The position numbers and the translations under genes were made by a program. 64,000 nt of DNA, taken from positions 656,298-720,297 of the forward strand of contig CP011213.1 in assembly GCA_001029735.1 (NCBI GenBank), in the 5' to 3' direction. The notes beneath the pieces are model-generated. The model was not told where the DNA came from. It saw only the letters and a program-made list of their open reading frames with translations, and did not search any database. Each line of letters begins with the position of its first letter. Positions within the stretch are counted from its first letter, which is position 1. Source of the stretch: Berkelbacteria bacterium GW2011_GWE1_39_12 (GTDB lineage: Bacteria > Patescibacteriota > UBA1384 > UBA12157). Below, piece after piece: positions 18,825 through 27,984 of the stretch.

Positions 18825-19615
18825 TGAAAAAATATTTTTTAATTAATTGGATCATTTTTAAAAACGCTTATATTCGCGATAAGAAAGTGCCAGGCGCGGT
18901 TTTTGCTGGCGTTATGTTTCACTTAGTAGATATTGCGATGATTATAATATTTTTTAATATTATTTTTTCTAACACTTCCAGCTTGGCTGGTTGGAACTTT
19001 TATCAGGTTCTATTTTTATACGCTTTTGCAAAATGCATCGTTTCTATAAACAGCGGGTGGATAAAAGGTGGCTTGAATGACTTTGCCACAGAATTAATTA
19101 GACGAGGTGGTTTTGACTTTTTTATGACTAAACCAGTTAATCCGATGATCTTAGTATCTATGAGCCGTCCAAGATTATACGCATTTATCGCGGGGATATT
19201 TGAGGTCGGATTATGCTTTTACGCAATTTTTGCTGGACATATTAACATAGGGTTAGCAAACATTTTTTGGTTTATTATCTTAGCGATTTTGGTAAATATG
19301 CTTTATTATTTCTTGCAAGTTCTGACAGTCGTACCCGCTTTCTGGTTTATTAAGCTTTGGTCCTTGCAGGATTTAATGAGCCGTTTTAATCAAGTGATGC
19401 GCTATCCTGCTGGTGTTTTTCCGCCGGTTATTCGTTTTATATTAATGAGCGTTTTCCCGATCATAGCCATATCATTTATCCCGGCTCAAACGCTTTTTTA
19501 TCCACCTAAAATAGAGTATATTATCTATATCATATTAATTACTTTAATCTTCGGCATGATAACAAATTTTCTTTGGAAGCTTGGTCAAAGTCGCTATTCC
19601 AGCGCATCGAGTTAA
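18824..19615 (+). CDS. ABC-2 family permease (DUF990 type)
   Basis: GWNFYQV, GGFDFFMTKP, RYP; TAATG overlap. Confidence 0.85.
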   Translation: MKKYFLINWIIFKNAYIRDKKVPGAVFAGVMFHLVDIAMIIIFFNIIFSNTSSLAGWNFYQVLFLYAFAKCIVSINSGWIKGGLNDFATELIRRGGFDFFMTKPVNPMILVSMSRPRLYAFIAGIFEVGLCFYAIFAGHINIGLANIFWFIILAILVNMLYYFLQVLTVVPAFWFIKLWSLQDLMSRFNQVMRYPAGVFPPVIRFILMSVFPIIAISFIPAQTLFYPPKIEYIIYIILITLIFGMITNFLWKLGQSRYSSASS

Positions 19616-19618
19616 AAA

Positions 19619-20581
19619 ATGAATATTATTTCATCTAAAAATATTAGTAAAAAATTTGTTAAAACCACTTTTAGTTGGTCCAAATTTTGGCAGTTGCAAA
19701 AAGAAGAAAAAATTGCAGTTAAGGATTTAAACATAGAAATCGAAGAAGGTGAGTTTGTCGGATTTTTAGGCCCCAATGGAGCAGGTAAAACAACTTTCTT
19801 AAAAATGCTCTCTGGTATAATGCACCCAACCTCAGGGGAAGCGAAAGTTTTGGGTTTCACTCCGTGGGAAAGAGATCATAATTTTCTTCGCCAAATTGCC
19901 ATTGTTATGGGGCAAAAAAACCAACTTTGGTGGGATTTGCCGGCAATCGATTCTTTTAACATGTTGAAAGAAGTTTATTCGGTGCCGGAGGCGGAATTTA
20001 AAAAGAACTTAGAAATGATGATTGAAACATTGCAAATCAAAGATTTGCTCTCAAAGAGACTACGCAATATGTCGCTCGGCGAAAGAATGAAGTGTGAACT
20101 CGCAGCCTCGTTCTTGCATAGTCCAAAAATTATTTTTCTTGACGAACCAACTATTGGTCTAGATGTTGTTTCGTCTAAATCGGTTAGGGAATTCCTAAAA
20201 ACAATTAATCGCGAAAAGAAATGTACATTAATCTTAACCAGTCACTACATGGGCGATATTGAGGCGCTATGTAAACGAGTAATCATTATTGATAAAGGCG
20301 AAAAAATGTACGACGGTGACTTAAATGAACTTAAAACAAAATATGCGCCGGAAAAAAAGATCGAAATATTTTTAGAAAATTTAGAAGACAAAGAAAAATT
20401 CGCACATCTTGGTGGTAAAAAAAATATCATCGAAAATAAAGGCATTATTCACGCGCCAAAAGAAGAAATCGGTGCGATTGTTAAAGATGTCTTCACTCTG
20501 TTTAATGCGGAAAACATTATTATTTCTGAGGCTGATACAGAAGAAGTTATTACAAAAATTTTCAAATCAAAAAAATATTAA
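19619..20581 (+). CDS. ABC transporter ATP-binding protein
   Basis: GPNGAGKTT, GQKNQLWWDLP, MSLGERMK, DEPTIGLD. Confidence 0.93.
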   Translation: MNIISSKNISKKFVKTTFSWSKFWQLQKEEKIAVKDLNIEIEEGEFVGFLGPNGAGKTTFLKMLSGIMHPTSGEAKVLGFTPWERDHNFLRQIAIVMGQKNQLWWDLPAIDSFNMLKEVYSVPEAEFKKNLEMMIETLQIKDLLSKRLRNMSLGERMKCELAASFLHSPKIIFLDEPTIGLDVVSSKSVREFLKTINREKKCTLILTSHYMGDIEALCKRVIIIDKGEKMYDGDLNELKTKYAPEKKIEIFLENLEDKEKFAHLGGKKNIIENKGIIHAPKEEIGAIVKDVFTLFNAENIIISEADTEEVITKIFKSKKY

Positions 20582-20582
20582 A

Positions 20583-21314
20583 ATGAAAAAATTTATTTTA
20601 GTCGGTCTCTTGTTTATAACGCTAGCATTGGGGCATTTTGTTGGTAATCAAAACAATAATAAGAATTTTATTACCGAAAAAAATCCGAAAAAAAACGATC
20701 AAGAGAAATTACCCGTTATTAAAGAGACGCAAGAAGCAGCAATTCCTAAAGAATATTTGATCAGAAATGTTCCGTTTATTTCTCAAGCGCCTTTTGCAAA
20801 TTGGGATGAGTTACATGACGAAGCTTGTGAAGAAGCCTCGCTTGTTATTATTGATTATTATTTAAGCGGAAAAGATTTAAATGCCGATTTGGCTGAAAAG
20901 GAAATAAAAGAACAAGTGAACTGGGAATTGAATTTTTTTGGTTCGCACAGAGATTTAAATACCAACGAAGTTGTTACTTTAGCAGAAAATTATTACAATA
21001 TGCATAATTTAACTGTAAAAAAAATAAATTCGATTGACGATATTAAAAAAGAAATAAGCCAAAATCATTTAGTTATTGTTCCTGCTGCAGGCCGCGATTT
21101 AAAAAACCCAAACTATCGTTCACCTGGGCCGATTTATCATATGCTAGTAGTTTCTGGATATGATGAAAATCATTTTATTACTCAGGACGTTGGTACTAAG
21201 CGAGGACAGAACTATATTTATGATGAGGATGTATTGTTTGATGCTATTCATGATTGGACGGGAACTGGTGATACGATTGAAAGTGGAGCGAAGAATACTA
21301 TTATAGTGAATTGA
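20583..21314 (+). CDS. Secreted C39-like peptidase
   Basis: Signal peptide, VPFISQAP..W, ACEEAS, HMLVVSGYD. Confidence 0.8.
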   Translation: MKKFILVGLLFITLALGHFVGNQNNNKNFITEKNPKKNDQEKLPVIKETQEAAIPKEYLIRNVPFISQAPFANWDELHDEACEEASLVIIDYYLSGKDLNADLAEKEIKEQVNWELNFFGSHRDLNTNEVVTLAENYYNMHNLTVKKINSIDDIKKEISQNHLVIVPAAGRDLKNPNYRSPGPIYHMLVVSGYDENHFITQDVGTKRGQNYIYDEDVLFDAIHDWTGTGDTIESGAKNTIIVN

Positions 21315-21396
21315 CTTTATTTCTGACTCTGATAAAATAGAGATATAGGTTTTTAAAAATTTTAAATCGGAAGATTTATTCTTATGGAGAAATACA

Positions 21397-22887
21397 ATGT
21401 TGAATTTAATTATTTACGTAGCGGCTGCTGCAATTGGCGGTTCTGCTTTGGGTTATGCCGGTCGCATTTATATTGCAAAAAAACAAAAAGATTTATCGGA
21501 TCAGAAGCAAAGAGAAATAATTTTAGAGGCTAAAGACGAAGCCCTTAAGATTCGTGAAGAAGCTAAGAAAGAAGAAGAAAAATTTAGAAAAGAAATCCAA
21601 GAACTCGAACGTAATCTTCGCCGACGCGAGGAACTTTTGGATAAAAGAATTGAAAATAACGATTTAGACCGTGATAATTTGAAGAAAAAGGAACAGGAAA
21701 TTGATAAGATCAAAACTGAAATCGGTCAAATCAAAGACAAGCATCAGCAGACCTTAGAAAAAATTGCGAAGATCAATAAAGAAGAAGCTTTGCAAATATT
21801 GCTTAAGAATATCGAAAAAGAATACAAAGAAGATTTAATTCGCAAAATTAAAGAACAAAAAGAGATTGCTAAAGAAGAAGCGCAGACGGTTGCCAGAGAA
21901 ATTTTGTCGACCGTGATCCAGAGATTGGCGTCGGAGCATACTGTTGAGACAACGACAACCGCAGTTCATATCCCTTCAGATGAAATGAAGGGGAGAATTA
22001 TTGGTCGCGAAGGTCGCAATATTCAGATTTTTGAAAAAGAAACTGGTGTTGATTTAATTATCGATGATACTCCCGACACGGTTATTATTTCCGCTTTTGA
22101 TCCAATTCGTCGACATGTGGCGAAGGTGGCTTTAGACAAATTAATTGCTGACGGCAGAATCCATCCGACCAGAATTGAAGAATTAGTCAAAAAAGCCAAA
22201 GAAGAAATAGGTCAGCAAGTCAAAGAAGCCGGTGAAGCGGCAGCTTACGAAGTTGGTGTGGCAGGGCTGCATCCGGACTTAATTAAAATTTTGGGTCGGT
22301 TAAAATTCAGAACCTCTTATGGCCAAAACGTTCTACAGCATTCGATAGAAACGTCTCAGATTGCTGGCCTATTAGCAGCTGAACTTGGTGCCGATGTTAA
22401 TTTGTCGAAAAAAGCTGGACTTTTGCACGATATCGGTAAGGCTGTGGATAGTGAAATTCAAGGTGCCCATCACCATATTAGTTATGACATTGCCAAAAAA
22501 TACGGCATTTCTGAAGATGTTTGTCATGCCATTTTGGCTCATCATGATGATGTTGAAGCTAAAACCGTTGAGGCTATCGTGGTCAAAGCGGCAGATGCGA
22601 TTTCATCAAGCCGACCTGGGGCAAGACGAGAAAGCTATGAAAATTATATTAAACGTCTAGAAGAATTAGAAAATATTGCAAACTCTTTTCCGGGTGTGGA
22701 AAAAACTTTTGCGATTCAAGCTGGCCGTGAAGTTCGTATTATTGTGAAACCTGAAGCGATAGATGACTTGAGCGCAATTCAGCTTTCAAAAAATATTGCT
22801 AAGAAAATTGAACAAGATTTACAATATCCTGGTACGATTAAGGTCAATGTTATTCGTGAAACTCGCGCGGTAGAATTCGCAAAATAA
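21397..22887 (+). CDS. rny: Ribonuclease Y
   Basis: TM, coiled coil, KH (KGRIIGREGRNI), HD (LLHDIGK). Confidence 0.97.
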   Translation: MLNLIIYVAAAAIGGSALGYAGRIYIAKKQKDLSDQKQREIILEAKDEALKIREEAKKEEEKFRKEIQELERNLRRREELLDKRIENNDLDRDNLKKKEQEIDKIKTEIGQIKDKHQQTLEKIAKINKEEALQILLKNIEKEYKEDLIRKIKEQKEIAKEEAQTVAREILSTVIQRLASEHTVETTTTAVHIPSDEMKGRIIGREGRNIQIFEKETGVDLIIDDTPDTVIISAFDPIRRHVAKVALDKLIADGRIHPTRIEELVKKAKEEIGQQVKEAGEAAAYEVGVAGLHPDLIKILGRLKFRTSYGQNVLQHSIETSQIAGLLAAELGADVNLSKKAGLLHDIGKAVDSEIQGAHHHISYDIAKKYGISEDVCHAILAHHDDVEAKTVEAIVVKAADAISSSRPGARRESYENYIKRLEELENIANSFPGVEKTFAIQAGREVRIIVKPEAIDDLSAIQLSKNIAKKIEQDLQYPGTIKVNVIRETRAVEFAK

Positions 22888-22915
22888 GTCCGCCAGCAGG
22901 CGGAAAGGAGGGGAA

Positions 22916-23191
22916 TTGACAAAAGACGAACTTATTGCGAAGGTGTCAGAAAAATCAAATACTTCTATTTCCGAAGCGACTGCTATTATCGATGCTTTTA
23001 CTACACAAATAAAAGATCAACTTTCGAAAGGCGAGAAAGTTACTATCTCTGGCTTTGGTGCATTTATGCTCTCGAAACGCGGCCCTAAAACTTTTGTAAA
23101 TCCAAAAAACGGTAAATCAATCGATCTGCCGGAAAGAAATTTACCGCATTTTAAGGCCGGCCCTACTTTTAAAAAGTTTTTACAAAAATAA
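22916..23191 (+). CDS. hup: HU family DNA-binding protein
   Basis: MTKDELI, GFGAF, NPKNG, P.FKAG. Confidence 0.9.
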   Translation: MTKDELIAKVSEKSNTSISEATAIIDAFTTQIKDQLSKGEKVTISGFGAFMLSKRGPKTFVNPKNGKSIDLPERNLPHFKAGPTFKKFLQK

Positions 23192-23195
23192 GAAG

Positions 23196-23447
23196 TTAAT
23201 CTCTTTCAGCTTCTTCTTCAATTTGTTCTAAGAGTTTATAATAATTTGGAATTTCTTTGAGGTGAGCAAAAGCGATTTTGCCAGTTAAAATAGGATCGTC
23301 GTTTGTAATGTTTGTTTCTGGGTCGTGAGAACCATGTTCCAACTCCACATTCATGCCTAAAGTAAATTCTTCCAAACTAAAAACGTCCCAATCAACACCA
23401 ATACGATCTCCAGTTTCTTTTGCTTGTTCGTTTGCGAAGTGATTCAT
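23196..23447 (-). CDS. DUF5661-like small protein
   Basis: GMNVELEHG, KIAFAHLKEIPNYY. Confidence 0.75.
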   Translation of the reverse strand: MNHFANEQAKETGDRIGVDWDVFSLEEFTLGMNVELEHGSHDPETNITNDDPILTGKIAFAHLKEIPNYYKLLEQIEEEAERD

Positions 23448-23615
23448 ATGTTCTCCTTTTATTGATTATTGGTCGAGAACCTCATACTGTCTTTGAGCTC
23501 GCTCGACACTTATTATCTAACCACAACTTGATACTGCAATTCAATACTGAACTGGGCAAATTACTATCCACTAAAAACTCTGGCAATTTGCAACCGACAG
23601 TAGTATATTACAGTT

Positions 23616-23792
23616 ATGAGCGATGATAACAATGACATTTTAAGTATGCTTGAGCAAGGAAGTAGCGAGCCGACCGATACATCTGGCGATGCTGGTTTTG
23701 TTGGCGTTGGTGACAATGGTGAAACCATTACATTGGGCGAAAAGACAGGGTGCACACAAGATATCAAGTCGGGTGACAACCAGAAACGGTAA
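23616..23792 (+). CDS. 58-aa acidic hypothetical protein (absent from ORF track)
   Basis: MSDDNNDILSML..DNQKR; ATG 6 nt after a TGGCAA-17-TATATT promoter (leaderless). Confidence 0.4.
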   Translation: MSDDNNDILSMLEQGSSEPTDTSGDAGFVGVGDNGETITLGEKTGCTQDIKSGDNQKR

Positions 23793-23861
23793 GCACTTTT
23801 TGTTTGAACTAAGCATAAACAACTGCACTAAATATTTAATAAATAAATGGATGGAGGATTG

Positions 23862-24251
23862 ATGGGCGACGAATCAATGAGCGGATATTCACCAGAACAA
23901 AAAGAGCGTAATTTTGCAGCATTTGTTTATCTTACAGCGCTGTTTCCAGGCGACCTTGCTTGGGGCGCTTATGCTGTATTTGGCTATCTTCAAGGTAGCA
24001 AGCAACTGCCAAAATTTGTTGAATTCCATCTCAATCAGTCAAAGAAATTTCTTCTTTGGAGTTGGCCAATTCTTGTACTCATTTTACTACCAATCGCTTT
24101 AATGATGATAATTCCGACGCTTAGCAACAATCTGCTTTATGTTGGTACAGCACTTGCAGGTGTCTGGCTTGTTGTTATTTTCTCCGTTACTATCAAGGCA
24201 ATAGTGGAAGCACGAGCTGGCCGTTGGACAAAACTCTGGCCGAACAAGTAA
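23862..24251 (+). CDS. DUF4870-like membrane protein
   Basis: ERNFAAFVYL, FVEFHLNQS; GGAGG SD. Confidence 0.65.
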   Translation: MGDESMSGYSPEQKERNFAAFVYLTALFPGDLAWGAYAVFGYLQGSKQLPKFVEFHLNQSKKFLLWSWPILVLILLPIALMMIIPTLSNNLLYVGTALAGVWLVVIFSVTIKAIVEARAGRWTKLWPNK

Positions 24252-24408
24252 CCTCTCAAATTTTTCGTTTTTCAATACAACTAATCCCTCGCAAGGGGAT
24301 TTTTTGGTATATACCATATACAGTATCTATTGAGCAATTTGTTACTACATATGGTATTTGATTGTAAGTGACACCAGAGTATGAAAAACTACTCTCATTC
24401 TGTGTTAG

Positions 24409-24470
24409 TCGGGATGCGAGATTCGGGCTGTGGCTTTACTCACGACCGCGTGCCTAAAGGCAACGTCCCG
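24409..24470 (-). pseudogene. Interrupted 3' half of a tRNA-Pro(CGG)
   Basis: CGGGACG-[ins]-GGTCGTGAGT-[ins]-CGAATCTCGCATCCCGA on minus strand. Confidence 0.85.
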
Positions 24471-24483
24471 TTTATTTACGATG

Positions 24484-24557
24484 TCGGGGATGCGAGATTC
24501 GAACTCACGACCTCATCGTCCCGAACGATGCGCGCTACCAGGCTGCGCTAATCCCCG
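24484..24557 (-). tRNA. tRNA-Pro(CGG), CCA not encoded
   Basis: Anticodon arm CATCG-TTCGGGA-CGATG; acceptor CGGGGAT/ATCCCCG. Confidence 0.95.
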
Positions 24558-24580
24558 ACATCGAAAATAAGAAACAGCAG

Positions 24581-24633
24581 GATGCGCGCTAGTATACTAG
24601 TTCTTACGAACGGGCAGGCTGCGCTACACCCCG
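24581..24633 (-). pseudogene. Interrupted 5' half of a tRNA-Pro
   Basis: CGGGGTGTAGCGCAGCCTG-[23-nt ins]-TAGCGCGCATC on minus strand. Confidence 0.85.
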
Positions 24634-24928
24634 AATAGCTCCAATTGTAATTTGAAAATGTTTTCAAATTTCTAAATCAAATCTTAACAGAGTTAATTAT
24701 ATCTTAAAATCAATTAAAATCAAATTAAAAACCCCTCATGTGAGGGGCTAGCCACTCTGTATTAAGTGGCTAAAGATGCGTCTTTCTTAAGATATTGCAT
24801 GATTGCTTTACCGATAGTACCGCTTGTCCCGTATTTGCACAATCAGATCTGTTTAGTCAGTAAACTCTTTCTGTTGAGACCAAAATATGGTAATATTTAT
24901 CTGTTAAAGAAATATTGCAAGGATTTAT

Positions 24929-25004
24929 GCCCTCGTAGCTCAATGGATAGAGCAAGCCCGTCCTAAGGGAGAGGTTGGCTGTTCGAATCAGCCCGAGGGC
25001 ACCA
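24929..25004 (+). tRNA. tRNA-Arg(CCT), atypical anticodon stem
   Basis: Acceptor GCCCTCG/CGAGGGC, T arm GGCTG-TTCGAAT-CAGCC, loop GTCCTAA, CCA. Confidence 0.85.
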
Positions 25005-25021
25005 GTGTATTTTCTTCAAAA

Positions 25022-25072
25022 AAAGAAAGGCCATAGGTGTAACTCCTGCCACCTTTAGGCATGCGGGCACCA
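25022..25072 (+). pseudogene. Interrupted 3' tRNA fragment (Arg-like)
   Basis: GGCCATAGGTGTAACTCCT-[GCCACCTTTAGGC]-ATGCGGGCACCA. Confidence 0.6.
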
Positions 25073-25094
25073 TTTACATTGCAAAAAATTCCTC

Positions 25095-25118
25095 GTATGA
25101 TTAGTATGAAATGTATGA
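25095..25118 (+). promoter_or_regulatory. Three GTATGA direct repeats at 9-bp period (probable operator)
   Basis: GTATGA at 25095, 25104, 25113 upstream of AbrB-like gene. Confidence 0.55.
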
Positions 25119-25141
25119 ATTACTAATCAAAAAGGCAAAAT

Positions 25142-25357
25142 ATGTTCGATTTTAAAAATATGCCTTGTGGCATAACCTCCATCGGTGAACGCGGTCAGGT
25201 TGTTATTCCTGTAGAAATTCGCGAAAAATTAAATTTAAAAAAAGGTGAAAAACTATTAGTCTTTTCCAAAGGCGATAATTTTATCGGCATGGTAAAAGCG
25301 GAAGAAATGGGCAAACATCTAAAAGAAATGCTTTCTAAAATAGAAGGGGATAAGTGA
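25142..25357 (+). CDS. AbrB/MazE/SpoVT family DNA-binding protein
   Basis: IGERGQVVIPVEIREKLNLKKGEKLLV. Confidence 0.9.
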   Translation: MFDFKNMPCGITSIGERGQVVIPVEIREKLNLKKGEKLLVFSKGDNFIGMVKAEEMGKHLKEMLSKIEGDK

Positions 25358-26310
25358 TGGAAAAAGTCATCGATGTCAGTAATCTAGTTAAAAAATATGG
25401 CAATTTTACCGCCGTTAATGGGATTTCCTTCGAAGTTGAAAAAGGTGAGGTATTTGGACTTTTAGGCGAGAATGGTGCGGGTAAAACTACTACTCTGGAG
25501 ATGATCGAAGGTTTGAGAAAGCCGAGTTCTGGTGAGATAAGTGTTTTAGGTTTTGATATTAACAGTCATTTAAGAGAAATTAAAGAGAGAATTGGTGTTC
25601 AATTGCAGTCATCGGCCTATTATCATTTTTTAACCTTAAAAGAAATTTTAGATTTATTTAGCGGATTTTATAAAAAACATTCCGATCCAAAAGAATTGCT
25701 TAAAATGGTGCATTTGGAATCTAAAGCGAATAATTTTGTCGATAAAATGTCTGGTGGCCAACAGCAAAGATTTTCAATTATTGCGAGCTTAATCAATGAT
25801 CCGGAAATTGTTTTCTTAGATGAACCAACTACCGGTTTAGATCCGCTGGCTCGTAGACAAACTTGGGACATTATCTCAGAAATAAAAAAACAGGGTAAAA
25901 CTATTATTTTAACAACTCATTATATGGAAGAAGCGGAAATCCTTTGTGACCGCGTTGCTATAATGGAAAAAGGTAAGATTGTTGCGATGGATAAAACGCA
26001 TCAATTGATTGAACATACTAAGCATCCTTATAGAGTGGAATTTATTCTAGAAAAAGACAAGCCGGAAATTATTTCACAACTTCAAAAATCGTGTCGCTTA
26101 GATGAATGTGATATTAAAAAACTGCCAGGCAAAGAAGCGCATTATGAAATGAAATTAAAAACGCAGACCGATTTAAACGAAGCGGTTGGTTTACTACAAA
26201 AAGAAAATCCGGAAAGTTTAACTGTGGGACGGGCAACGTTGGAAGACGTCTTTATTGAATTAACCGGCAAAGCAATTGCTCAGGAAGAAGCGGAGGAAGA
26301 AAATGCTTAA
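25354..26310 (+). CDS. ABC transporter ATP-binding protein
   Basis: GENGAGKTT, MSGGQQQR, DEPTTGLD. Confidence 0.93.
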   Translation: MMEKVIDVSNLVKKYGNFTAVNGISFEVEKGEVFGLLGENGAGKTTTLEMIEGLRKPSSGEISVLGFDINSHLREIKERIGVQLQSSAYYHFLTLKEILDLFSGFYKKHSDPKELLKMVHLESKANNFVDKMSGGQQQRFSIIASLINDPEIVFLDEPTTGLDPLARRQTWDIISEIKKQGKTIILTTHYMEEAEILCDRVAIMEKGKIVAMDKTHQLIEHTKHPYRVEFILEKDKPEIISQLQKSCRLDECDIKKLPGKEAHYEMKLKTQTDLNEAVGLLQKENPESLTVGRATLEDVFIELTGKAIAQEEAEEENA

Positions 26311-27385
26311 ATTGTTTTTAGCTAATTTAAAAATGATGGTACGTGGACGTCAGGCGTTGTTTTGGGCGTTGATGTTCCCTTTAATGTTTACAATTATTTT
26401 CGGGTTTTTCTTTGGTAGCGGATCGGGAAGCGTTGGCACAGTCGTTCTGATAAATAATTCTAATACAGAGTTGGCGCAAGGTCTTGATAAAGCTCTCTCA
26501 GAAAGTGATGTTTTGAAAGTTAGGAAAGGTGTGAACGAACAAGACGCAAGAGATTTATTAAAGAAGAATCAGATTGGCGCTATTATCGAGGTACCGGAAA
26601 ATTTTGGTGCGCCGATTCCGTCGGCACCGAAAAATATCAAAGTGATTGAAGATCCGGCAAATTCACAAGTGAACTCAGTTGTAAGCGGTTTTATAAATCA
26701 ATTTTTTATTCAAACTGACTATCAAATCAATCACATTCAACCGAGTTTTTCGATTGATGTCGAAAAAACTAATAATCGCACATTGAATTACTTTGACTTT
26801 GTTTTAATGGGTTTAATTGGTTTGGCCCTAATGAACTCGTCTGTTCAAGGCATTGCCATTACGATGGCTAATTATCGCGAAGATAAGATATTAAAGCGTA
26901 TTACCACGACGCCGTTAGCGCCTTGGAAATTTGTGGCTGCGGAAGTCCTTTCGCGTTTAATGTTAAACGTTTTGCAAATTGGTTTAATATTGCTAATTGG
27001 TTATTATGGTTTTAATGCACACATTTACGGAAATCTTGGTTTACTTTTAATTTTCTCATTAATTGGCGGTCTTCTTTTCCAATGTATCGGATTTATGATT
27101 GCTGCATTTGCCAAAACAACTGACGCTGCTCAAGGTATGTCTGTGGCTGTAACAATTCCAATGATGTTTTTAGCTGGCGTATTTTTTCCAATCGACCAGT
27201 TGCCAAAATGGTTACTAACTATTGTCCAGTATTTACCGCTTGCGCCATTACTTAGAATGGTTCGTACTATTGGTCTTGAAGCGGGTAATCCATTTTCTAA
27301 TCCTTTAAATATTGAAATTGTCATAGGTTGGATCGTTGTTACACTAGTAATCTCCATATGGAAATTCAGGCTTTCTGACGAGTAA
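26303..27385 (+). CDS. ABC-2 type permease
   Basis: FWALMFP, extracellular loop, REDKILKR, FLAGVFFP. Confidence 0.9.
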   Translation: MLKLFLANLKMMVRGRQALFWALMFPLMFTIIFGFFFGSGSGSVGTVVLINNSNTELAQGLDKALSESDVLKVRKGVNEQDARDLLKKNQIGAIIEVPENFGAPIPSAPKNIKVIEDPANSQVNSVVSGFINQFFIQTDYQINHIQPSFSIDVEKTNNRTLNYFDFVLMGLIGLALMNSSVQGIAITMANYREDKILKRITTTPLAPWKFVAAEVLSRLMLNVLQIGLILLIGYYGFNAHIYGNLGLLLIFSLIGGLLFQCIGFMIAAFAKTTDAAQGMSVAVTIPMMFLAGVFFPIDQLPKWLLTIVQYLPLAPLLRMVRTIGLEAGNPFSNPLNIEIVIGWIVVTLVISIWKFRLSDE

Positions 27386-27429
27386 AAGGAATTGATTTTT
27401 TCATGAAAATCTGATAGAATACATTGGAT

Positions 27430-27758
27430 GGGGCTGTATAGATTCGACGGGAAAAGTTCCTAATAATTTCAAGCCGAGCAGGTTACGAGTCTCGTAAAAT
27501 CCGTGACAAAATCAAACGAAAAACCTTCGTTTACCCCTGCTTTAGCTCTAGCTTAATCGCTTCGGCTAGCAGCGTCTCCTCATTTGTCGACTGAATGAAT
27601 GATACGAGGCGTTACAAATCAGTCTGCTGCTTATTGAGATATCTTTGGTAAATAGGCAAAAGAAAACGAAAGAACAATTTTGCTTCGCAAAATTTAAGCT
27701 TGTCAATGATTATTAATGCTTTTTTTGGACAGGAGTGCAATTCTCCTCAGCTCCACCA
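27430..27758 (+). ncRNA. ssrA: tmRNA
   Basis: 5' GGGGCTG..GATTCGAC; 3' GGACAGGAGTGCAATTCTCCTCAGCTCCACCA; tag frame ..EKPSFTPALALA-stop (27518-27556). Confidence 0.95.
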
Positions 27759-27761
27759 AAT

Positions 27762-27984
27762 GAGAATCAGAAAATTTCTGGTTCTTTTTTGTTGCTCGCA
27801 AACCAGATAATAGGGCTTATTTGAGGGGTGCAAACTTTTTCGTGAGAATTTACTATTATTTCGCCCGGAAACAGCAGTTGTTTACACTTTACCCGACTGG
27901 CACGATCAAGTTCCTTCCAGACCATGAGTTTTTGGTCGATAAACTTTAACGAGAAACGAATGAAGGTCTCTATGATTCTACCAA
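27762..27984 (-). pseudogene. C-terminal remnant of probable large serine recombinase
   Basis: ETFIRFSLKFIDQKLMVWKELDRASRVKCKQLLFPGEIIVNSHEKVCTPQISPIIWFASNKKEPE reading toward ssrA; no start; family from recalled resemblance. Confidence 0.65.
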
